From the NCBI GenBank assembly GCA_965279515.1, contig CBDIID010000003.1:4192001-4256000 (forward strand): a stretch of 64,000 nt of DNA, given 5' to 3'. The first letter of the stretch is position 1, and each line of letters begins with the position of its first letter. Source of the DNA: Turneriella sp. (GTDB taxonomy: Bacteria > Spirochaetota > Leptospiria > Turneriellales > Turneriellaceae). Of the stretch, positions 32,059-41,999 are shown one piece after another. The position numbers and the translations under genes are program-made. The notes below the pieces were generated by a model. The model was not told the origin of the DNA and made no database searches. It saw only the letters and a program-made list of their open reading frames with translations.

Positions 32059-33978
32059 ATGCGGCTTTTCTGGGCGGTGCTTCTTCTGACGCAACCCGTG
32101 TTCTCAATTATTGACAATGCTGAAATTAATCTGACAGGTCGCAACCCGGCCTTGCTGCGGGGGTTCTGGGATTTCAAAGGATTGCCCAACGCTTCCGCAG
32201 GGCAGGCGTGGAGCAGGTTGCGGATAGATAAAGAATGGCGGCTCCAGGGAATTGAAAAGGCAGAGCGCGGCTTATTTCGGTTGAAACTGAATATTCCCCA
32301 GCCTCTGCGCACAGGTGATTTTGCCCTGATTTTGCCGCCGGTTTCAGCGGCGCTAAAAATCTATTTTAACGGGCAGCTTGTGACCGAAAAGGGAAGGGTC
32401 GTGCCGGAGTTGCGCTATCCACAGAATTCATCCGAGGCCTTTGCCTGGTACCCGATTAAGAGAGAATTACTGGTACCGGCAGAGGGGCAGTTATTGACTC
32501 TTGAGATGACGGGGTATCAGGGCGGCGGCGGTATTTACGGCAACTCGCATATCTATTTCGGTGGTGTGGATGAAATCCGCGAAAAATTCAATTTCATTTT
32601 TTTGACCACGGCGTTCCTTGCGGCGGCAATCTTCATGATCGCGGTTTTTCATTTTGCCCTCGTGCCCGACCGCAACTACCGTCGCGCAAACCTGCACTAC
32701 GTTTTGCTTTCGCTGGCGATGGCCTGCCATATTCTTGGGATGAATGGTCTCGGTTATTACATTGTGGATAGTTTCATTTTTAACGCTGCCCTCATCCATA
32801 TTATTCTCGCTGTCTTTCCCTTCACACTGATCGGCTTCTCGCTGCGGTATTTCCGCCTGAAATTTCCCCTGATCCGCGCCGTGTCGTACTGGTTTGCGGC
32901 GCTCTTGGGTGCGATCCTTCTGGCCTCGGTTGTTTATCCCGGAATCATTCCCTATTACCTTTCTTACGGATTGCCCGCGGGGTTTATGGCGATGGCGCTG
33001 GCGCTGATTTTTTCAATCTACGCGGCCGTCCGGGGTGTTTTGGCGGGAACCGAAGGTGCTCGCCTGGTGCTCACCGGATTTGTTGTTTATAGTGCCACGG
33101 TCGTTAACGACATGATCTCCTATTTCTCCTACGCGACGCCGGTCACGCTTGCCGATGGGGGATTTCTCTTTGCGGTGGTGTGTATCGCCGTCGCGCTGGC
33201 AGGCAGATTGCAGCGGGCGGCGCTCGAAAAAGATGAGCTCAGGGAATGGAAAAAGGAGATCTCGCTCGCCGCGCAGATACAGAATTTGTCGCTGCCAAAG
33301 CGTTCGCTGCGCACAAAACACCTCAGTATTGAGACTCTTTTTAAACCGATGAAAATCATTGGCGGTGATTTTTTTGCCTTCCATGAAATTTCCGAGCACG
33401 CCACGGGAGTTTTTATCGCAGATGTCTCGGGCCACGGTATCGCCGCGGCGCTGCTGGTGAGTACCATCAAATCCATATTTCTCCAGCAGAAGGATTTTGC
33501 CCACGATCCGGCGTTGCTGATGCGCAATATGAATTCGGCGCTTTACCCGCATTTACAGGAACAATTTATCACCGCTGCGTACTGCATCATGGATTTCGAG
33601 ACCGGTAAAATGCGTGTCGCGCAGGCGGGGCATCCGCCTATTTATTTACTGCAGAATAATCACACCGACCTGGATAAAGTGAAGCCCAAAGGCCGTTTTT
33701 TCGGTTTTGCCCCCGACCTGCAGTATGAGACGGCCGAGCTGGATTTATCGCTGTACTCGCGTATTTTTCTCTATTCTGACGGCGTTATCGAAGCAGGTTC
33801 GCTTCAGGGCTCGCCCTATACGGTGACGCGCCTGGAAGACTTTCTGGTGGAATCGGCTTCGTATTCGGGCGACAAGCTGCTTGCGGAGCTCGAGCGCGAC
33901 GTGCATTTAAGAGCGAGAACGCAGATGAATACGGACGACGATTCGAGCTGTGTGGTGATCGATCTGCAGGCGGCCTGA
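32059..33978 (+). CDS. 7TM-DISM-type sensor fused to a SpoIIE/PP2C Ser phosphatase
   Basis: Extracellular domain, about 7 TM helices, IGGDFF, IADVSGHG, AGHPP, YSDGV and DDSS. Confidence 0.9.
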   Translation: MRLFWAVLLLTQPVFSIIDNAEINLTGRNPALLRGFWDFKGLPNASAGQAWSRLRIDKEWRLQGIEKAERGLFRLKLNIPQPLRTGDFALILPPVSAALKIYFNGQLVTEKGRVVPELRYPQNSSEAFAWYPIKRELLVPAEGQLLTLEMTGYQGGGGIYGNSHIYFGGVDEIREKFNFIFLTTAFLAAAIFMIAVFHFALVPDRNYRRANLHYVLLSLAMACHILGMNGLGYYIVDSFIFNAALIHIILAVFPFTLIGFSLRYFRLKFPLIRAVSYWFAALLGAILLASVVYPGIIPYYLSYGLPAGFMAMALALIFSIYAAVRGVLAGTEGARLVLTGFVVYSATVVNDMISYFSYATPVTLADGGFLFAVVCIAVALAGRLQRAALEKDELREWKKEISLAAQIQNLSLPKRSLRTKHLSIETLFKPMKIIGGDFFAFHEISEHATGVFIADVSGHGIAAALLVSTIKSIFLQQKDFAHDPALLMRNMNSALYPHLQEQFITAAYCIMDFETGKMRVAQAGHPPIYLLQNNHTDLDKVKPKGRFFGFAPDLQYETAELDLSLYSRIFLYSDGVIEAGSLQGSPYTVTRLEDFLVESASYSGDKLLAELERDVHLRARTQMNTDDDSSCVVIDLQAA

Positions 33979-33981
33979 GCG

Positions 33982-34713
33982 CTACGGTTGCGCTGTGGTG
34001 GCGAATTTTGCGAAAAAAGCTGCGGAGGAAATACAGTTCTGCATGGCATGCGCAGCGACAGCGGGCCAGATACTCTGCGTGCGCCATGTCATGTACTGAA
34101 AGATTGCGGCCATCACGAGTATCGGCGGCAGGGCGCTCAGGCTGTGTTTACCTTCGATGTGGCTCGCCGTAAAGAGCAGGCCGCAGAATACTGCACCCAT
34201 CAGAATTTTTTTCGGCGACTCGACTCCATAAACCAGCACACCGAAAATCAGGCCGCGAAAGATCCATTCCTCATAGCCGGGAACGGCAACGGAAGTGACA
34301 ACGATGAAGGCCGTTTTATGCTGTAAGATATCCGCGCCGTTGAGAAATCCCAATTGCTGCGGTTCGACTTTGATGAAATGGTAGAGGGCACTGAAAAAAA
34401 CGAGGCTGGCAAAGGTTAAGGCGCAGGAAAGCAAGACATCGCGCGCCTTCACCGCACTGAATGAGAAAATGCCGCAGCGCGTGAATTTGATAAGCAGCGG
34501 CGCCGGTATCAGAAAACCTGCCATCTGCATCACGACACTCTGCATGAGAAAACGAAACGGTAATCCGTGCTCCGTAAGCATTTTGGGGTCGATCGGTTTC
34601 CACATCAGGAACAGCAAGGCGATCAGCTGGATCAACAGGAAGCTGGCGATCAGATAGACCAGAACGGCGATATAACGTTGCCACAACGGGCGCGGCGTAG
34701 GTGCAAACTCCAT
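33982..34713 (-). CDS. CPBP (CAAX protease / Abi) family intramembrane metalloprotease
   Basis: PGYEEWIFRG, FTASH and AHAMQN motifs; multiple TM helices. Confidence 0.88.
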   Translation of the reverse strand: MEFAPTPRPLWQRYIAVLVYLIASFLLIQLIALLFLMWKPIDPKMLTEHGLPFRFLMQSVVMQMAGFLIPAPLLIKFTRCGIFSFSAVKARDVLLSCALTFASLVFFSALYHFIKVEPQQLGFLNGADILQHKTAFIVVTSVAVPGYEEWIFRGLIFGVLVYGVESPKKILMGAVFCGLLFTASHIEGKHSLSALPPILVMAAIFQYMTWRTQSIWPAVAAHAMQNCISSAAFFAKFATTAQP

Positions 34714-34724
34714 AGGATTTGCCG

Positions 34725-35138
34725 TCAGCGTTCGTAATTGCGTGAGACTGTCGTGATAATTCCGCCGCGGGCGCCGTAGACCACGGTGACCTTCGCTCGG
34801 CGCATGTCGGCCGCGAGCAGAATGTCATCCATCACGCGGTTCACGACATTTTCATGGAAAATGCCGAGATTACGGTAGGCGAGAAAATATTCTTTCAGCG
34901 ATTTCAGCTCGAGACAATACTTATCGGGCGAGTATTCAATCACCACCGTGCCAAAATCGGGTAGCCCGGTTTTAGGGCAGATCGCCGTGAACTCGGGAAA
35001 ATCCAGGTGGATGTCATAGTCGCGGTCGACGTAGATATTCTCGAAAACGTCGATCGCCGGAAGTTCGAGGGTGCGGATGTGACTCTGCCGTCCCTCATAA
35101 CCGTCGGCGGGGGGATTTCCCCCTGGAACTTTACTCAC
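34725..35138 (-). CDS. queF: NADPH-dependent 7-cyano-7-deazaguanine (preQ0) reductase
   Basis: PEFTAICPKTGLPDFG, ELKSLKEY, FHE and RGGI. Confidence 0.95.
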   Translation of the reverse strand: MSKVPGGNPPADGYEGRQSHIRTLELPAIDVFENIYVDRDYDIHLDFPEFTAICPKTGLPDFGTVVIEYSPDKYCLELKSLKEYFLAYRNLGIFHENVVNRVMDDILLAADMRRAKVTVVYGARGGIITTVSRNYER

Positions 35139-36877
35139 GCCGCGTTTGTTACAGCGACCGCGAGACCTGCGAGGTAGCGGCGGCTCATCTGGTGGAAGTA
35201 CGGGAATACTTTCGCCTTCGACGCCGCAATGTCGCTGATGTTTTTCTGCTTCGCGATCTGCAGTTGTTGCGCAAGCAGTATCGAGACGTAGATGTGAGCG
35301 AATGCCGTAACCATATCGATGGATACGGCTTCTTTCTCGGCGCGTTCTTTGTACTGCGGTACGAGTTTCGCCAGGGTATCTACATCGGCATTCAGCCCGG
35401 TTTTTTGCGCCGCGTCGCTGAGCTTGTTGATTTCACCACGCAGGTGTGCCAGCAAGAAGCCGTTTTCACGCAGGCCTTCGACGATACCGCCGATCGCAGC
35501 GACCGCCTGAAGCTGTGTTGTGCCTTCGTAGATCGTGCAGATACGCGCGTCGCGGTAGATTTTCGCGATGTCGTATTCTTCGGTATAACCCGAGCCACCG
35601 AAGATTTGCAGTGAGTGGTAGGCCACAAAATTGGCGTATTCGCTGCAAAACAGCTTCGCTGTGGGAGTCAGGAGTTTCGCGAGTTTATCGAGACGAACGA
35701 CATCTTCGTTCTTACGTGCCGCGCGCTCGTCGCTTTCTTTGATGAGTTTTGCGGAGAGGCCGTCGTAGTGATCGACGACTTCACAGGCGCGGTATACCAG
35801 CGCCCGCATGCCCTGGATATAGGCTTCATTGTCGTCGAGAATCCGGCGGACGGCGGCAAGTTTATCGATCGTGGCGCCGAACTGCACGCGCTCTGAAGCG
35901 TACTTGATACCTTCGGCATGGGCGGCTTGCGCGATACCCAAAGACTGTACGGCGATGCCCATGCGTGCACCGTTCATCATCCCCATCGCATAGCGTATGA
36001 GGCCTAAACCTTCTTCGCCGATGAGTTCAGCCTTGCTGTTTTCAAACACGATTTCGCAGGTGGGAGAGATATGGAGGCCCAGTTTCTCTTCGATGCGTGC
36101 GACTTCGATATCGTTGCTGTGCACGAGAAAAAAGGACAATCCTTTCGCGCCCGCACCGCCGGAACGTGCGAGAGTGAGGATCACACTGGGTTTGTCGCCC
36201 ATGCCGCAGCCGTGGGTGATGAAACGTTTGGTGCCGGTCAGGCGCCAGGCACCGGCATCGTCTTTTACGGCTTTTGTCGCCACGCGCGAAAGGTCTGAAC
36301 CGTAGTTGGGTTCGGTGAGCGCCATGGCTCCTGTGACTTCACCCGCGGACATTTTGGGCACCCATTCGTCGGTCATCTTTTGGCCGCCGAAACGTTCGAT
36401 GACTTCAGCGAGGTTATAACAACCGAGGGCAATACCGAAGGCTGGGTCGGCGCGGGATACCAGCTCCATGACGATGGAAGATGCAGAGAGATTCATACCC
36501 AAACCACCGTGGTGGCGACCCATCGCATAACCTAAGAGACCTGATTGTGTGAAGAGGTCGACGAGGCGTACCATGTCGGGGGGAAATGTAACCTTGCCGC
36601 TGTTAAATTTGAGGCCGTGTTTATCCATCGCACGTGCTGCGCCGGCAACTTCGACACCGGCGAGTTCACCCGTTTGCTGCCATACGGCTTTATAGCCTTC
36701 GACGGCTTCTTCGGTGTTGTTAGGGGCAAATTCAAGATGTTTATCGCCGGTTTTTTTGAATTCGGCGCCGTCTTTAAAGCCTTCTTCTTTGAGCGGAATG
36801 ATCGTCGCCCAGTCGATGAAATGATCCACCGTAAATGCCAGATCTGCATTGTCGTCGAAATAGTTACCTTGTACCAT
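35135..36877 (-). CDS. Acyl-CoA dehydrogenase
   Basis: MALTEPNYGSDL, GTKRFITHG, IEEKLGLH and QIFGGSGY...IYEGT; ATG at 36877 with SD GGGAGG. Confidence 0.95.
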   Translation of the reverse strand: MVQGNYFDDNADLAFTVDHFIDWATIIPLKEEGFKDGAEFKKTGDKHLEFAPNNTEEAVEGYKAVWQQTGELAGVEVAGAARAMDKHGLKFNSGKVTFPPDMVRLVDLFTQSGLLGYAMGRHHGGLGMNLSASSIVMELVSRADPAFGIALGCYNLAEVIERFGGQKMTDEWVPKMSAGEVTGAMALTEPNYGSDLSRVATKAVKDDAGAWRLTGTKRFITHGCGMGDKPSVILTLARSGGAGAKGLSFFLVHSNDIEVARIEEKLGLHISPTCEIVFENSKAELIGEEGLGLIRYAMGMMNGARMGIAVQSLGIAQAAHAEGIKYASERVQFGATIDKLAAVRRILDDNEAYIQGMRALVYRACEVVDHYDGLSAKLIKESDERAARKNEDVVRLDKLAKLLTPTAKLFCSEYANFVAYHSLQIFGGSGYTEEYDIAKIYRDARICTIYEGTTQLQAVAAIGGIVEGLRENGFLLAHLRGEINKLSDAAQKTGLNADVDTLAKLVPQYKERAEKEAVSIDMVTAFAHIYVSILLAQQLQIAKQKNISDIAASKAKVFPYFHQMSRRYLAGLAVAVTNAA

Positions 36878-36912
36878 GTTTCCTCCCAAGGCTGCCGAAG
36901 CAGCTGCGCCGA

Positions 36913-36938
36913 AACGCGTCGATGATCGTCGACGTGTT
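36913..36938. promoter_or_regulatory. Palindromic candidate operator shared with the thiolase upstream region
   Basis: AACGCGTCGAT-GATC-GTCGACGTGTT; 20/25 identical to 49079-49103. Confidence 0.5.
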
Positions 36939-37069
36939 CTGGAGACGAAACAGGTCGTCAATCCAGATGGGCATTGTAGCGATCGTTCCAGAGGTCTACA
37001 GGGTCGGTTTCGTCTAAATAGTTGGCACAAATCAGGCGCCCATTCGTCTTAAGTAGGATAGGGGGCAAA

Positions 37070-38029
37070 ATGAAACTTGCATATCAACTTACATTATTAT
37101 TGGCTGCTGTGGCAGGGTGCGCTAAGAGCAGTTCTGATACCAGCTCTTCCGATGTCAGCGATGCGATAGAGAGCCAGATCAGCACACTGAACGGGGCGAC
37201 GAGTGACGTCAATGCCGGCAATACCAGTACTGCCATCGCCTACATGAGCCCTGCCGAGCAGAAGCTGCTCGATCGTCAGAGTTTTGGGCAGAGAATCGGC
37301 GAATATGCCGGCCGGCTCTTGGATTCGAGCCTGCACGCAACATCAGTTTCTGTCAGCTGCAGTTCCGGTGGTTTTACTGATACGCCATCGACGAGTTTCA
37401 GCGGCAACAGCGGTTCTGTTCTCGTGACCCGGCAATGGAGCAACTGCACCGGTGATCTGGGCGCGTTCAAGCGCAACGGCACTGTTTACCTGCAATTCAG
37501 CGGCCTGCAGGGCACGACGCCCTATGTACAGAATGGCGCAACCCTGGTCCGCGCTACCTCATCGCTGACGATGACCCGCACCCGAACCGGCAATTATGTC
37601 GATATTTCAGGAAACGATACGGCCAATCAGGCGAGCGGCGCCAACGGAAACCAGAAATTTACCTGGACGGGAAACACTGCATACACGCTGGCTATCAATG
37701 AGACGAGGACGGGAAAAATGCCTTCGGGTTCCACGCTATTCCGCCATGTTGTCACGACGCCGACTCCGTTAGCGGTGAGCTTTAGCAACACGACGCGGAC
37801 AATCCAGTCCGGGTCAGTAAAAATCGCGCATACACTCGCGAACTTTGATGTCACCACAACGTTTTCCAATGCGGTGTGGAATACCAGCAGCTGTCAACCG
37901 GTGAGCGGCAGTGCAACAGTGACGGTTTCGGGATCGATCACCGGCACCGGTACGCTCAGCTTCAGTAACGGCACGATTAACTTTACCTACGGCGATAGCT
38001 CAGGAACCATTACGACTCCCGGCTGTTGA
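37070..38029 (+). CDS. Ser/Thr/Gly-rich lipoprotein, hypothetical
   Basis: MKLAYQLTLLLAAVAGC lipobox; beta-rich S/T/G composition. Confidence 0.8.
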   Translation: MKLAYQLTLLLAAVAGCAKSSSDTSSSDVSDAIESQISTLNGATSDVNAGNTSTAIAYMSPAEQKLLDRQSFGQRIGEYAGRLLDSSLHATSVSVSCSSGGFTDTPSTSFSGNSGSVLVTRQWSNCTGDLGAFKRNGTVYLQFSGLQGTTPYVQNGATLVRATSSLTMTRTRTGNYVDISGNDTANQASGANGNQKFTWTGNTAYTLAINETRTGKMPSGSTLFRHVVTTPTPLAVSFSNTTRTIQSGSVKIAHTLANFDVTTTFSNAVWNTSSCQPVSGSATVTVSGSITGTGTLSFSNGTINFTYGDSSGTITTPGC

Positions 38030-38053
38030 CACGGGCCTTTGGCCCGCCTGGGT

Positions 38054-38275
38054 TTACATCAGGTACTTGTTGAGTTCCACAGGGTCGGTGGTCTCATCAA
38101 AGGTTTCGCCGCACTTAATGCATTGGTAGTTAATGTGAATGGGCTTCACGGAGATGCCCGTATAAAGACCAACGCTTCCCCAGAACGTATATTTGTTCTT
38201 ACGAATCACATGCGGATGACTGCGGTTATGGCCGCAGGAGCATGTTTTTGTGCCTGGCGCCGTGGTTACTTCCAT
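38054..38275 (-). CDS. Small hypothetical protein with possible Zn-ribbon Cys pairs
   Basis: CSCGH and CIKCG in 73 aa; 10 nt downstream of the acyltransferase gene. Confidence 0.7.
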   Translation of the reverse strand: MEVTTAPGTKTCSCGHNRSHPHVIRKNKYTFWGSVGLYTGISVKPIHINYQCIKCGETFDETTDPVELNKYLM

Positions 38276-38284
38276 ATTGCCAAC

Positions 38285-39574
38285 TTACGTAATTTTACTC
38301 TTCACCGCAAGAATTTCTTCATTCGTAAAAAGCGGGCTTGTCAGCGACTGTGCTTCATCGAGTAGCTTTTGCATGTCGCCGCGCAGGCGGTTGGTAAAAT
38401 TCTCAACGGCCACGCGCCGGTCCTTGCGGTTCTCGGTTACAATCTCGGAAAGTTTGTACGGTTTGCCGAACAGAATATGCGCGCGGCGCGGCAGGTGCGA
38501 GGGAACTCCACCCAGTGCCCTCGGGATTTTTTTGAACATATACGATTCATAACGGTCGAGCCATTCATAGAGCCGCTCGGGCGTCGGGTTATCCAGGATA
38601 TAATCGCGTTTCATGACGATGAAGTCAAAGATCAGCACTGCATCCTTATGCGCCTCTTTAATGGTCTTGCTGCTCAGTTTCGGCAGTTTCGGGTCGGGGT
38701 ATCTTAACTGGTGGAGCTCCACCAAAGCAAAGAGCCGGCGCCACTTACGGATAGCGTCTTCATTCGGGTCAAAATTCGCCGCCTGGATCTTTTCTGCTAA
38801 TTGGTTGAGCATGGCATGGCGTACGCGGCCGATACGGAAATCAAAATCTTTTCCCGGCTCGACCGTCACTTTGAAGTCCGCTTCGGCCTTTTCGAGCAGC
38901 AACCGGCCCACCGTCAGAAAACGGTGCAACAGGTGTTTGCCCGTGGTATCGAGGCCCAGCTTTTTTTCGATCTTACCCAGCGATCGACTCAGGTCATGCA
39001 GGATCTTCTCTTTCGGCGATGTGATGACAAACTTCATGAATCCGTACCAGACGTTGATATCGGCGTTCGGGTCGATCTTGCGGGCATCTTCGAGACCCCA
39101 GAGGCCCAGCTGGGCGACGCCCGGCTGGAACGGCATCAGCGTATCGACTTCACCCGAGGTTGGCTCGCCTTCGGGAAAAATGACAAGCTTACCGGTGGGT
39201 TCGGATAAAATTTTGCGCGTGAGTTTCATTGCGTCGCGGTCGGGAACACCGGCGATGACCGAATACGCACCGATGCGGCGGATGGCCCAGCCGATCAGGC
39301 CGCCCTGCCAGTTGAAGACCTGGCGCGAGGCCATGAATTTGAAGCGCTGGCCGAGCAAACGGCCCAGGTAGAAAACCAGTGGTGGTTCAGCCGTCGAAGG
39401 ATGGTTCGTGAAAAACAGCAGGCGTTCGTTTTTAAACTTTTTCAGCGTCGCGATATCCTCATCGCGGATAATCACCTGCTTGATGTTCTGCATGGCGCCC
39501 AAAAGCGGGAAAAACAGCTTGGAGGCCAGCCAGGGTAAAAAACGGTTCTCAACGGGTGGGATAAAGTGGCGCAT
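38285..39574 (-). CDS. Phospholipid/glycerol acyltransferase (PlsC-like)
   Basis: NHPSTAEP and IFPEGE acyltransferase motifs. Confidence 0.85.
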   Translation of the reverse strand: MRHFIPPVENRFLPWLASKLFFPLLGAMQNIKQVIIRDEDIATLKKFKNERLLFFTNHPSTAEPPLVFYLGRLLGQRFKFMASRQVFNWQGGLIGWAIRRIGAYSVIAGVPDRDAMKLTRKILSEPTGKLVIFPEGEPTSGEVDTLMPFQPGVAQLGLWGLEDARKIDPNADINVWYGFMKFVITSPKEKILHDLSRSLGKIEKKLGLDTTGKHLLHRFLTVGRLLLEKAEADFKVTVEPGKDFDFRIGRVRHAMLNQLAEKIQAANFDPNEDAIRKWRRLFALVELHQLRYPDPKLPKLSSKTIKEAHKDAVLIFDFIVMKRDYILDNPTPERLYEWLDRYESYMFKKIPRALGGVPSHLPRRAHILFGKPYKLSEIVTENRKDRRVAVENFTNRLRGDMQKLLDEAQSLTSPLFTNEEILAVKSKIT

Positions 39575-39671
39575 CAGAAAGGGCTGTGTGAACGGCCTGT
39601 TTTGTCAATGATTTAGGCCCTGATAAAACACAAAAACTTGACGACATGTTTAATTTTGCTATTTTTACTAC

Positions 39672-39890
39672 ATGAGCCGGATAGTCCACGTCGTCAAAGA
39701 TGATTGCACAAGCTGCAGCCTTTGCGCCGATACGCATCCGCAGTATTTTCGCCTCGACAGCGACGACCTCGCTGAGACGCACAATGCGGGCGAGAACGTA
39801 AACAACGCTTCGGTTGCCGAAGCTGACTACGCCAAGGTGCAAGAGTCGATCGACGACTGCCCGGGCGAGTGCATTAAGTGGAAAGAGTAG
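39672..39890 (+). CDS. Monocluster ferredoxin
   Basis: CTSCSLC...CPGECI; acidic, 72 aa. Confidence 0.92.
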   Translation: MSRIVHVVKDDCTSCSLCADTHPQYFRLDSDDLAETHNAGENVNNASVAEADYAKVQESIDDCPGECIKWKE

Positions 39891-39906
39891 CCAGCGCCCC
39901 AAGGCG

Positions 39907-40371
39907 ATGAGCGATTCTGACCTTGCGCTGGCCAACCGCTGGCACGAACATTACCGTAAACTCGAGAATATGTACCTGAAGAGCGCGCAGATCAACGCGT
40001 TCTTTAAGCCCGGTCTCAAAGTCGGCCGCATGGAAGCCGAAGTGACGATTCCCGTACGCCCTGATTTTTTTCATGCCGCGCAGTCCGTGCACGGTGCGGT
40101 GTATTTCAAGGCGCTCGACGATGCGGCTTTTTTTGCAGCGAACTCGATCGTGACCGACGTCTTCGTGCTGACACTGACGTTTCAGGTACAGCTGACGCGC
40201 GCCATTAAGGGCGGCGTCATGACCGCGAAGGGCAAGGTTTTACAGAACCTGGGCAACCAGATCATCGCCGAATCGATACTCTACGACGACCGCGGCAAAG
40301 AGGCCGCGCGCGGTAACGGCGTGTTTGTTAAAAGCAAGGTTGCCCTCTCGCCCGAAATCGGCTATCGGTGA
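39907..40371 (+). CDS. PaaI family thioesterase (hotdog fold)
   Basis: FFHAAQSVHGAVYFKALDDAAFFA; ATG 39907 preferred. Confidence 0.9.
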   Translation: MSDSDLALANRWHEHYRKLENMYLKSAQINAFFKPGLKVGRMEAEVTIPVRPDFFHAAQSVHGAVYFKALDDAAFFAANSIVTDVFVLTLTFQVQLTRAIKGGVMTAKGKVLQNLGNQIIAESILYDDRGKEAARGNGVFVKSKVALSPEIGYR

Positions 40372-40395
40372 GTGGGATAACCTGCCGCAAGAGAT

Positions 40396-40818
40396 TCAGC
40401 CGACGATCTTGATCTGCAGCGAGGCCAATGCGATGAGGGCGATACCGGCGAGGCTTATTGCCCAGATTAATGTGCGGAAATATGCAACCCCGGAAAGATA
40501 CAAGGGCCAGTAAATAACCCTGCTGTAGAAAAATATTTGTGCACCGAGCGTGGTCTGCTCGCGCGCTGCGCCAGCGACAACGGCTGTGAGTGCGACGGCG
40601 GTAAAGATAATCAGGTTTTCTCCCATGTTTTTCGCCGCACGGTCGGCGCGGGCCATCGTGAGGGTGCGGTCGGGCAATTTATCGCGGCTGCCGAAAGCAA
40701 GCAGCATGCCTGGCCATGTCCAGCCTTTGACATGGTAGAGACTCGCGAATAACAGCATTACCCAGTAGAGCAAGACCGAGGCGAGCAGAAAGTAAAGAAC
40801 CGGAAAATTTTGTAGCAT
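40396..40818 (-). CDS. MAPEG family membrane protein
   Basis: RADRAAKNMGEN, FFYSRVIY and RTLIW; about 4 TM helices. Confidence 0.88.
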   Translation of the reverse strand: MLQNFPVLYFLLASVLLYWVMLLFASLYHVKGWTWPGMLLAFGSRDKLPDRTLTMARADRAAKNMGENLIIFTAVALTAVVAGAAREQTTLGAQIFFYSRVIYWPLYLSGVAYFRTLIWAISLAGIALIALASLQIKIVG

Positions 40819-40877
40819 AGGTTACGAGAAAATATACCGCCGGACACGCAAGCGCTTTCCGGCGGGGGCTCCCACTT

Positions 40878-41984
40878 TTACCTGCCGACTATACCAGCGG
40901 CTTCGGGCCTGAAGCGATAGAGATAATATGGCCCCTTGGCTTTCACCGTTGCCGCGCTCTGTAAAATTACCTCGTTGAGTGAGCTTGCCGTGAGATAGGT
41001 ATATCCGTCCGGCGCGAAACTCATGCCGTCGGGCCAGCGCAGCGCCGTATCGCGGTAAAGTGTCTGCAGGTAGCGCGTGTTCGGGTCGATGAGGTGGATG
41101 GCCGAATGTTCCGGATCGGTGACATAGATATTGCCTGCGGTATCGATGCTGATGCCGTCAGTCATACTCTTGGTGGCAAAACGTTCGACGGCCGCCGCCA
41201 GGTTGGCGTTCGAAACCGAGAAGTCGGCGAGCGTTGCCGTGCGTATGCGGTAGAGATCCATCGAGTTGAAGGGCCCGTAGTAGAGCCATTCGCCCGCCGC
41301 ATCGAGTGTAATCGAGTCGGCGTTGAACACCACTGGATATCCCAACACTTTGAACGGTGCGCCGTTGACGCGGATCTGGTAATCGCCGCCTGTCACCGAC
41401 GTGGTACCTTCAAGCACCCGGCGCGCTTTTTTCTGCACAATGTCATAGACGATGAGCGCGCCCTTGCGGCCGAGTGGATTTGTATCGGTGATGTAAATAC
41501 GGTTGCGGGCGACATCGATCTGCATATCGTTCAGCACCGAGTCTTTCACTGCGATATCTTTCGGAAAAACAAACTCGTGCACAAGCGCGTGTGACGTTAT
41601 ATCGAATGCGTAGAGTTTTGGCGTCGTTGTCAGCGTGCCGAGCAGTGAAGGGTTTGCATAGTCGAGCACCCAGAGGCGGTTCAGTGCATCGACGCGCAGC
41701 GAAAGCACGCTCACGAACTTCGCCTGGAAGGCCGCGTCGGGAAACGGAACCACCGCGCCGGCTGCGAGTTCGGCTACTTTAACGGGTGGCTGTCCCTCGG
41801 GGAAAAAGGAAAAAAATATCCGGCCGTTAGGCGCGGCAGAGACATTGCCCGATGGGTATTCGAGCGTGGCCACGCTCTCCATTTCAGAGAAAGCGTGGCG
41901 TGGCAGCGTCGAAAGGTCGGGAAAGTCGGTCACGGCGCAGGCGCTTAGCGCGACTACGGGCAAAAATCGTATGATTCGATTCAT
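40878..41984 (-). CDS. Major royal jelly / yellow-like (SMP-30/gluconolactonase-type) beta-propeller lipoprotein
   Basis: LSAC lipobox; RLWVLD, LNDMQID, IYITD, TDGI and LRWPDG. Confidence 0.82.
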   Translation of the reverse strand: MNRIIRFLPVVALSACAVTDFPDLSTLPRHAFSEMESVATLEYPSGNVSAAPNGRIFFSFFPEGQPPVKVAELAAGAVVPFPDAAFQAKFVSVLSLRVDALNRLWVLDYANPSLLGTLTTTPKLYAFDITSHALVHEFVFPKDIAVKDSVLNDMQIDVARNRIYITDTNPLGRKGALIVYDIVQKKARRVLEGTTSVTGGDYQIRVNGAPFKVLGYPVVFNADSITLDAAGEWLYYGPFNSMDLYRIRTATLADFSVSNANLAAAVERFATKSMTDGISIDTAGNIYVTDPEHSAIHLIDPNTRYLQTLYRDTALRWPDGMSFAPDGYTYLTASSLNEVILQSAATVKAKGPYYLYRFRPEAAGIVGR

Positions 41985-41999
41985 GTTGTTCTCCTTGGC

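Noticed and set aside
37023..37037. Possible sigma-54 promoter TGGCAC-N5-AGGC before the lipoprotein gene
   Set aside because: GG-N10-GC spacing fits but the -12 element lacks TT; insufficient alone.
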